The notes beneath the pieces are model-generated. The model searched no databases. It saw only the letters and a program-made list of their open reading frames with translations, and was not told the origin of the DNA. This document shows positions 49,654-61,147 of a stretch of 64,000 nucleotides of DNA, one piece after another (position 1 is the first letter of the stretch; every line of letters begins with the position of its first letter). The stretch is taken from contig NW_027272096.1 in NCBI RefSeq assembly GCF_040938485.1, forward strand, positions 248,001-312,000. The letters are read 5' to 3'. The stretch comes from Diadema antillarum (Eukaryota). The position numbers and the translations under genes were made by a program.

Positions 49654-52600
49654 GGCAAATGAACTTTCTTTATAAATTAATATCGTAAGTTAACACTTCC
49701 CTTCTATCCCAATTTAAGGCATGGAATTTAGTTGAGAATAATGTTCTAAATTGACTACTGGTGGCATTTTAAGACTTAGGAGATTGTCATCGCTACAATA
49801 CAATACATTGTTATGTATTCCAAAACAACATTTGCACCAACAACTAAAGTGGTAGTAGTGGAGACAACTGCTACTCAGTCGACCATCACATATACCACTT
49901 GAGCAACTGAGCAACCAACAACAGCACCAGGTAATTTCCATTCCATTCTAATACGATTCATGTCCCATTAGTATAAACATCAACGGTAGTGGAACGCTAT
50001 GGTATGGCCAAAATATTTTACCCAATAACTGAGACGAACGATTGACCATTCTTTTCAGAATGCTACGAGCCACAAGAGCCATTGCAAGAAGTCACTGCCT
50101 TGACATACGAAGCCAGCTTCAGTCAGCCTACTACTATCAGAGGAATCAAACTACCTGCCAGCAGCTTCCCTACAATGACTACAGTAGTATTCAGGATCAA
50201 ACGCGCCGAAGGAGATGAATGGATTATTGTTCCTGCACAGAGCACAGAATCAGGATCTGGTGACTTCTCCGGTTCAGGATCGGGAGAGTCAGAGAGTCAG
50301 GTAAATCCTAAATAGACAAGTATTCCCTTGTTCTACACAGAACATACATTACCACTTCTTGTATTAATACGTTATAAAAGGAAAATGGGCGGTATTTCGC
50401 CTGTATCTTCTATTAACCCTTTATGTGCTTTGAGTGTTGATTTGCACGTACAACCCTAAAGCACTGTATCGATATCCAACGACCATGAATGATAGAGAAA
50501 TGCTTAACAATATCCTTTATCTTCAGTGTACCAGTCCTAGCTGTCAAATCTCTACTTATCATCTTCTCTGATTCATCGTACTAAAACTTGTTATCTTTCT
50601 TGGAAAAACATTATTATGTCACCCCTTTATTGCAGTCGTATTTCAAACATATTTGATTTTCCGGATTTGCATTTGCATTTTCTGAACATTGTTTGGTCCA
50701 GACATCAAATTGGAAAGTTGTACTAATGCATTGATTAATTTCTTTGTATTCTTCATAGGGCGAAGTGACGTTTTCTTTGAGTGACTCTGCTCCAACGAAC
50801 CTCTGGCTTCCATCCGAATTGGGGCCTGTGCGAGCTATCGAAGCAACCTTTGGAGAAGCACTTAATCTAGGAAATGAAATCGAGGTCTACGGCTGTCAGG
50901 GTAGGTGCACTTTAAGCGACTTATTCAAAAACAACACTCTTATGTGGACAAGTTCTTGTGAGTTCAAACGGAAAATTCTCGTTCACGATTAAAATTCAAA
51001 CAGTTCTATCTAACGTGTCTCTCGTAATCCTTAAAAGTTCTAGTTACGCAGAAAAGGAATATACTATGATTTATTTCTAATCATTTGATTCTTTATCCAT
51101 GTATAGATTATAAGACACATTGCATTCACTCCGTGCGCTATGAGCGGTATAATAAGTGAACTTACAGCATTTTAAGTTGTTAGTTATGGCCAGATCAATT
51201 TCATTAAAAAGGTTCCTATGGATTTATTTTCCCCTTTGTTTGTATATTACCGCAGGACCCACTCCGGCTCCAACCACGAGAGGTACCTCTCCCCCAGGTA
51301 ATACATTGTATTTTTATAGAAATATTAGGTTTTCTCGGTTTGGTCAAATACCATGAAACATTGAATAAGTAAAAAAAATAATAATATTTCTTTTAAAGCT
51401 CAATACCACAGCGAAGCGCCAAACGCTGCAATCTCATTTTTTTTCCTCAACATCTAAAGCGATGACACTGTTTTTTTTTTTTTCAAAATACACTTGAAAT
51501 CATCATCTAAGTCAAGGAAAGAAGGAAAATTGTCTTTGAAGATATAATTATTTCATATTTCACCACTGTCTAATACGACTGTATTCGATCCAGAAGGAGA
51601 ATGTTCTCATTTGTTTCTTTCTCTCAACATTTACAGAAACGACAACTCTGGGTCAGTCAGGTAGGTCTACGTCTCCATTGTATTTCTAACCTTTTTGAAT
51701 TAACATGTACCAAAAAAAGAAAATCAGATATCACTAAATGATAATTGCTTTAAGATCAAACTGGTTTCGACTATTCTTCGCCATAAGTCTTCTCTTTAAA
51801 AACAAAAGTCTCTCAACTGTCAAAAACACTGAGTGAAAGATACATGTGTGTCGTTTTCTCCTTTTTCACAGAAGTGACAACAAGGACGCGAACGCGAGCG
51901 ACAACGACTACTGCTCCAGGAACCGAGCAAACAACAGCAGTAGTAGAGGAAACTACTGCCACTCCTGAAGCAACAACTACAACTCAGACAACTGTTACAT
52001 CGACCACAACAGCACGACAGGAATCTACAACGCCAGGTAACTTCTCACTTCCATTTTTCCAAGACTCGTGTCCGAAGACGTAAAACCTGAATTATGTCAT
52101 GTAAAACTAGAAGGCGGTCACTCAACTCTTTCGTGTTAGCGTAACCTCTTCCTTCATCTTCATTCTGCTTGATGGTATCCAGCAACCAAGTTTGCTTAAC
52201 TAAACGAATGACTAAAATGCATATGTTAATATCTCTTTCAATGACTTTAACGTGTTACTGTTCACTTAACAATATTGTACCCTACAAATTCGTCGTCACG
52301 CCCGTCTACATCCAAGACATTTCTTTTATTTACCAGCTGCTTGCAGAAAACCACTGGATGGCGTGGATCTTGATACTAAATTGGAAGTTTTACTTGACAA
52401 CAATAAAACCAACCTTTGGAGCGAACCTACTTCAGAGAGGACAGTGAAGGTCACTGTCAAATCAGTCGATGACACCTCAGACCTGACGATTAAGATATCA
52501 GCTGTCAGCATAAGCACAACCAATGGTTCACCTCCCGATAGCGTTACAATTGGTGTCCTCTCGTCCAGCGATGGACCTGTTGAACGCGAATTTACAGCTC

Positions 52601-53452
52601 AACCCGGAGACGATCAGACTCAAGGAATGTACGAGCTTCGAAACTTGACTGGTTTGAATGAAGTTTATTTCGAAATCACTCTTCCTGACGACTACAACGT
52701 GGCAGATTCGGAATTGACGGTGACATTCAGAGGATGTATTGAAACAGGTAATTTCATTTCTTTATGCGCTGAAGAAGTCCTCATTCATCTCTTTTGTTCT
52801 TGTATATGATCTATACATTTCTCCCACTAAATTTAACCACTACCTGCTGATATTGCAACAGCATATCAACTTTGGAATTTTGTGTGATCACAAAAAGATG
52901 ATTGGCAGGTTATTGATTTGGTAAATTTATGTCTATACATTTTTCACCCATTACTCCTGCACTTTAATTCTTTTTTCTAATTAATCAGTCCTCATCCATC
53001 TCTTTTGATCGTGTAATGATCCATTCATATATAACCGGTAACTGCTGATATTCCAACAACACATCAACTTCAGAATTTTAAGTAATCACAAAGAAAAAAA
53101 AAGATAATTGGCATGTTATTGCTTTGGTAGGTTTATGTCCATATATTTCTTGCTGATTATTCTGGTACTTTATAACAGTGCACTCAACTTATCAGCAACA
53201 ATTTCACACTACACTACACTACGATTCATTATTGTTTCATTAATCAGCAACGGGCATGGAAACAACAGTAGTTACAACCGTTGTAACTACAACTGTACCT
53301 ACCACCACGTCGAAACCCACAACAGTCACTGAAGCTACCACCACAGCTGTTACCACAACAACTCCGATGGGTACTACTAGGATGGAGGAGACCACAACTC
53401 TTTCTACTACTACTACTCCTGCTCAGACTACAGCAATGGGTAAAGCCTTGTT

Positions 53453-53484
<32 letters not shown>

Positions 53485-56400
53485 GGCAAATGAACTTTCT
53501 TTATAAATTAATATCGTAAGTTAACACTTCCCTTCTATCCCAATTTAAGGCATGGAATTTAGTTGAGAATAATGTTCTAAATTGACTACTGGTGGCATTT
53601 TAAGACTTAGGAGATTGTCATCGCTACAATACAATACATTGTTATGTATTCCAAAACAACATTTGCACCAACAACTAAAGTGGTAGTAGTGGAGACAACT
53701 GCTACTCAGTCGACCATCACATATACCACTTGAGCAACTGAGCAACCAACAACAGCACCAGGTAATTTCCATTCCATTCTAATACGATTCATGTCCCATT
53801 AGTATAAACATCAACGGTAGTGGAACGCTATGGTATGGCCAAAATATTTTACCCAATAACTGAGACGAACGATTGACCATTCTTTTCAGAATGCTACGAG
53901 CCACAAGAGCCATTGCAAGAAGTCACTGCCTTGACATACGAAGCCAGCTTCAGTCAGCCTACTACTATCAGAGGAATCAAACTACCTGCCAGCAGCTTCC
54001 CTACAATGACTACAGTAGTATTCAGGATCAAACGCGCCGAAGGAGATGAATGGATTATTGTTCCTGCACAGAGCACAGAATCAGGATCTGGTGACTTCTC
54101 CGGTTCAGGATCGGGAGAGTCAGAGAGTCAGGTAAATCCTAAATAGACAAGTATTCCCTTGTTCTACACAGAACATACATTACCACTTCTTGTATTAATA
54201 CGTTATAAAAGGAAAATGGGCGGTATTTCGCCTGTATCTTCTATTAACCCTTTATGTGCTTTGAGTGTTGATTTGCACGTACAACCCTAAAGCACTGTAT
54301 CGATATCCAACGACCATGAATGATAGAGAAATGCTTAACAATATCCTTTATCTTCAGTGTACCAGTCCTAGCTGTCAAATCTCTACTTATCATCTTCTCT
54401 GATTCATCGTACTAAAACTTGTTATCTTTCTTGGAAAAACATTATTATGTCACCCCTTTATTGCAGTCGTATTTCAAACATATTTGATTTTCCGGATTTG
54501 CATTTGCATTTTCTGAACATTGTTTGGTCCAGACATCAAATTGGAAAGTTGTACTAATGCATTGATTAATTTCTTTGTATTCTTCATAGGGCGAAGTGAC
54601 GTTTTCTTTGAGTGACTCTGCTCCAACGAACCTCTGGCTTCCATCCGAATTGGGGCCTGTGCGAGCTATCGAAGCAACCTTTGGAGAAGCACTTAATCTA
54701 GGAAATGAAATCGAGGTCTACGGCTGTCAGGGTAGGTGCACTTTAAGCGACTTATTCAAAAACAACACTCTTATGTGGACAAGTTCTTGTGAGTTCAAAC
54801 GGAAAATTCTCGTTCACGATTAAAATTCAAACAGTTCTATCTAACGTGTCTCTCGTAATCCTTAAAAGTTCTAGTTACGCAGAAAAGGAATATACTATGA
54901 TTTATTTCTAATCATTTGATTCTTTATCCATGTATAGATTATAAGACACATTGCATTCACTCCGTGCGCTATGAGCGGTATAATAAGTGAACTTACAGCA
55001 TTTTAAGTTGTTAGTTATGGCCAGATCAATTTCATTAAAAAGGTTCCTATGGATTTATTTTCCCCTTTGTTTGTATATTACCGCAGGACCCACTCCGGCT
55101 CCAACCACGAGAGGTACCTCTCCCCCAGGTAATACATTGTATTTTTATAGAAATATTAGGTTTTCTCGGTTTGGTCAAATACCATGAAACATTGAATAAG
55201 TAAAAAAAATAATAATATTTCTTTTAAAGCTCAATACCACAGCGAAGCGCCAAACGCTGCAATCTCATTTTTTTTCCTCAACATCTAAAGCGATGACACT
55301 GTTTTTTTTTTTTCAAAATACACTTGAAATCATCATCTAAGTCAAGGAAAGAAGGAAAATTGTCTTTGAAGATATAATTATTTCATATTTCACCTCTGTC
55401 TAATACGACTGTATTCGATCCAGAAGGAGAATGTTCTCATTTGTTTCTTTCTCTCAACATTTACAGAAACGACAACTCTGGGTCAGTCAGGTAGGTCTAC
55501 GTCTCCATTGTATTTCTAACCTTTTTGAATTAACATGTACCAAAAAAAGAAAATCAGATATCACTAAATGATAATTGCTTTAAGATCAAACTGGTTTCGA
55601 CTATTCTTCGCCATAAGTCTTCTCTTTAAAAACAAATGTCTCTCAACTGTCAAAAACACTGAGTGAAAGATACATGTGTGTCGTTTTCTCCTTTTTCACA
55701 GAAGTGACAACAAGGACGCGAACGCGAGCGACAACGACTACTGCTCCAGGAACCGAGCAAACAACAGCAGTAGTAGAGGAAACTACTGCCACTCCTGAAG
55801 CAACAACTACAACTCAGACAACTGTTACATCGACCACAACAGCACGACAGGAATCTACAACGCCAGGTAACTTCTCACTTCCATTTTTCCAAGACTCGTG
55901 TCCGAAGACGTAAAACCTGAATTATGTCATGTAAAACTAGAAGGCGGTCACTCAACTCTTTCGTGTTAGCGTAACCTCTTCCTTCATCTTCATTCTGCTT
56001 GATGGTATCCAGCAACCAAGTTTGCTTAACTAAACGAATGACTAAAATGCATATGTTAATATCTCTTTCAATGACTTTAACGTGTTACTGTTCACTTAAC
56101 AATATTGTACCCTACAAATTCGTCGTCACGCCCGTCTACATCCAAGACATTTCTTTTATTTACCAGCTGCTTGCAGAAAACCACTGGATGGCGTGGATCT
56201 TGATACTAAATTGGAAGTTTTACTTGACAACAATAAAACCAACCTTTGGAGCGAACCTACTTCAGAGAGGACAGTGAAGGTCACTGTCAAATCAGTCGAT
56301 GACACCTCAGACCTGACGATTAAGATATCAGCTGTCAGCATAAGCACAACCAATGGTTCACCTCCCGATAGCGTTACAATTGGTGTCCTCTCGTCCAGCG

Positions 56401-57282
56401 ATGGACCTGTTGAACGCGAATTTACAGCTCAACCCGGAGACGATCAGACTCAAGGAATGTACGAGCTTCGAAACTTGACTGGTTTGAATGAAGTTTATTT
56501 CGAAATCACTCTTCCTGACGACTACAACGTGGCAGATTCGGAATTGACGGTGACATTCAGAGGATGTATTGAAACAGGTAATTTCATTTCTTTATGCGCT
56601 GAAGAAGTCCTCATTCATCTCTTTTGTTCTTGTATATGATCTATACATTTCTCCCACTAAATTTAACCACTACCTGCTGATATTGCAACAGCATATCAAC
56701 TTTGGAATTTTGTGTGATCACAAAAAGATGATTGGCAGGTTATTGATTTGGTAAATTTATGTCTATACATTTTTCACCCATTACTCCTGCACTTTAATTC
56801 TTTTTTCTAATTAATCAGTCCTCATCCATCTCTTTTGATCGTGTAATGATCCATTCATATATAACCGGTAACTGCTGATATTCCAACAACACATCAACTT
56901 CAGAATTTTAAGTAATCACAAAGAAAAAAAAAGATAATTGGCATGTTATTGCTTTGGTAGGTTTATGTCCATATATTTCTTGCTGATTATTCTGGTACTT
57001 TATAACAGTGCACTCAACTTATCAGCAACAATTTCACACTACACTACACTACGATTCATTATTGTTTCATTAATCAGCAACGGGCATGGAAACAACAGTA
57101 GTTACAACCGTTGTAACTACAACTGTACCTACCACCACGTCGAAACCCACAACAGTCACTGAAGCTACCACCACAGCTGTTACCACAACAACTCCGATGG
57201 GTACTACTAGGATGGAGGAGACCACAACTCTTTCTACTACTACTACTCCTGCTCAGACTACAGCAATGGGTAAAGCCTTGTT

Positions 57283-57314
<32 letters not shown>

Positions 57315-60300
57315 GGCAAATGAACTTTCTTTATAAATTAATATCGTAAGTTAACACTTCCCTTCTATCCCAATTTAAGGCATGGAATTTAGTTGAGAAT
57401 AATGTTCTAAATTGACTACTGGTGGCATTTTAAGACTTAGGAGATTGTCATCGCTACAATACAATACATTGTTATGTATTCCAAAACAACATTTGCACCA
57501 ACAACTAAAGTGGTAGTAGTGGAGACAACTGCTACTCAGTCGACCATCACATATACCACTTGAGCAACTGAGCAACCAACAACAGCACCAGGTAATTTCC
57601 ATTCCATTCTAATACGATTCATGTCCCATTAGTATAAACATCAACGGTAGTGGAACGCTATGGTATGGCCAAAATATTTTACCCAATAACTGAGACGAAC
57701 GATTGACCATTCTTTTCAGAATGCTACGAGCCACAAGAGCCATTGCAAGAAGTCACTGCCTTGACATACGAAGCCAGCTTCAGTCAGCCTACTACTATCA
57801 GAGGAATCAAACTACCTGCCAGCAGCTTCCCTACAATGACTACAGTAGTATTCAGGATCAAACGCGCCGAAGGAGATGAATGGATTATTGTTCCTGCACA
57901 GAGCACAGAATCAGGATCTGGTGACTTCTCCGGTTCAGGATCGGGAGAGTCAGAGAGTCAGGTAAATCCTAAATAGACAAGTATTCCCTTGTTCTACACA
58001 GAACATACATTACCACTTCTTGTATTAATACGTTATAAAAGGAAAATGGGCGGTATTTCGCCTGTATCTTCTATTAACCCTTTATGTGCTTTGAGTGTTG
58101 ATTTGCACGTACAACCCTAAAGCACTGTATCGATATCCAACGACCATAAATGATAGAGAAATGCTTAACAATATCCTTTATCTTCAGTGTACCAGTCCTA
58201 GCTGTCAAATCTCTACTTATCATCTTCTCTGATTCATCGTACTAAAACTTGTTATCTTTCTTGGAAAAACATTATTATGTCACCCCTTTATTGCAGTCGT
58301 ATTTCAAACATATTTGATTTTCCGGATTTGCATTTGCATTTTCTGAACATTGTTTGGTCCAGACATCAAATTGGAAAGTTGTACTAATGCATTGATTAAT
58401 TTCTTTGTATTCTTCATAGGGCGAAGTGACGTTTTCTTTGAGTGACTCTGCTCCAACGAACCTCTGGCTTCCATCCGAATTGGGGCCTGTGCGAGCTATC
58501 GAAGCAACCTTTGGAGAAGCACTTAATCTAGGAAATGAAATCGAGGTCTACGGCTGTCAGGGTAGGTGCACTTTAAGCGACTTATTCAAAAACAACACTC
58601 TTATGTGGACAAGTTCTTGTGAGTTCAAACGGAAAATTCTCGTTCACGATTAAAATTCAAACAGTTCTATCTAACGTGTCTCTCGTAATCCTTAAAAGTT
58701 CTAGTTACGCAGAAAAGGAATATACTATGATTTATTTCTAATCATTTGATTCTTTATCCATGTATAGATTATAAGACACATTGCATTCACTCCGTGCGCT
58801 ATGAGCGGTATAATAAGTGAACTTACAGCATTTTAAGTTGTTAGTTATGGCCAGATCAATTTCATTAAAAAGGTTCCTATGGATTTATTTTCCCCTTTGT
58901 TTGTATATTACCGCAGGACCCACTCCGGCTCCAACCACGAGAGGTACCTCTCCCCCAGGTAATACATTGTATTTTTATAGAAATATTAGGTTTTCTCGGT
59001 TTGGTCAAATACCATGAAACATTGAATAAGTAAAAAAAATAATAATATTTCTTTTAAAGCTCAATACCACAGCGAAGCGCCAAACGCTGCAATCTCATTT
59101 TTTTTCCTCAACATCTAAAGCGATGACACTGTTTTTTTTTTTTCAAAATACACTTGAAATCATCATCTAAGTCAAGGAAAGAAGGAAAATTGTCTTTGAA
59201 GATATAATTATTTCATATTTCACCTCTGTCTAATACGACTGTATTCGATCCAGAAGGAGAATGTTCTCATTTGTTTCTTTCTCTCAACATTTACAGAAAC
59301 GACAACTCTGGGTCAGTCAGGTAGGTCTACCTCTCCATTGTATTTCTAACCTTTTTGAATTAACATGTACCAAAAAAAGAAAATCAGATATCACTAAATG
59401 ATAATTGCTTTAAGATCAAACTGGTTTCGACTATTCTTCGCCATAAGTCTTCTCTTTAAAAACAAATGTCTCTCAACTGTCAAAAACACTGAGTGAAAGA
59501 TACATGTGTGTCGTTTTCTCCTTTTTCACAGAAGTGACAACAAGGACGCGAACGCGAGCGACAACGACTACTGCTCCAGGAACCGAGCAAACAACAGCAG
59601 TAGTAGAGGAAACTACTGCCACTCCTGAAGCAACAACTACAACTCAGACAACTGTTACATCGACCACAACAGCACGACAGGAATCTACAACGCCAGGTAA
59701 CTTCTCACTTCCATTTTTCCAAGACTCGTGTCCGAAGACGTAAAACCTGAATTATGTCATGTAAAACTAGAAGGCGGTCACTCAACTCTTTCGTGTTAGC
59801 GTAACCTCTTCCTTCATCTTCATTCTGCTTGATGGTATCCAGCAACCAAGTTTGCTTAACTAAACGAATGACTAAAATGCATATGTTAATATCTCTTTCA
59901 ATGACTTTAACGTGTTACTGTTCACTTAACAATATTGTACCCTACAAATTCGTCGTCACGCCCGTCTACATCCAAGACATTTCTTTTATTTACCAGCTGC
60001 TTGCAGAAAACCACTGGATGGCGTGGATCTTGATACTAAATTGGAAGTTTTACTTGACAACAATAAAACCAACCTTTGGAGCGAACCTACTTCAGAGAGG
60101 ACAGTGAAGGTCACTGTCAAATCAGTCGATGACACCTCAGACCTGACGATTAAGATATCAGCTGTCAGCATAAGCACAACCAATGGTTCACCTCCCGATA
60201 GCGTTACAATTGGTGTCCTCTCGTCCAGCGATGGACCTGTTGAACGCGAATTTACAGCTCAACCCGGAGACGATCAGACTCAAGGAATGTACGAGCTTCG

Positions 60301-61112
60301 AAACTTGACTGGTTTGAATGAAGTTTATTTCGAAATCACTCTTCCTGACGACTACAACGTGGCAGATTCGGAATTGACGGTGACATTCAGAGGATGTATT
60401 GAAACAGGTAATTTCATTTCTTTATGCGCTGAAGAAGTCCTCATTCATCTCTTTTGTTCTTGTATATGATCTATACATTTCTCCCACTAAATTTAACCAC
60501 TACCTGCTGATATTGCAACAGCATATCAACTTTGGAATTTTGTGTGATCACAAAAAGATGATTGGCAGGTTATTGATTTGGTAAATTTATGTCTATACAT
60601 TTTTCACCCATTACTCCTGCACTTTAATTCTTTTTTCTAATTAATCAGTCCTCATCCATCTCTTTTGATCGTGTAATGATCCATTCATATATAACCGGTA
60701 ACTGCTGATATTCCAACAACACATCAACTTCAGAATTTTAAGTAATCACAAAGAAAAAAAAAGATAATTGGCATGTTATTGCTTTGGTAGGTTTATGTCC
60801 ATATATTTCTTGCTGATTATTCTGGTACTTTATAACAGTGCACTCAACTTATCAGCAACAATTTCACACTACACTACACTACGATTCATTATTGTTTCAT
60901 TAATCAGCAACGGGCATGGAAACAACAGTAGTTACAACCGTTGTAACTACAACTGTACCTACCACCACGTCGAAACCCACAACAGTCACTGAAGCTACCA
61001 CCACAGCTGTTACCACAACAACTCCGATGGGTACTACTAGGATGGAGGAGACCACAACTCTTTCTACTACTACTACTCCTGCTCAGACTACAGCAATGGG
61101 TAAAGCCTTGTT

Positions 61113-61147
<35 letters not shown>
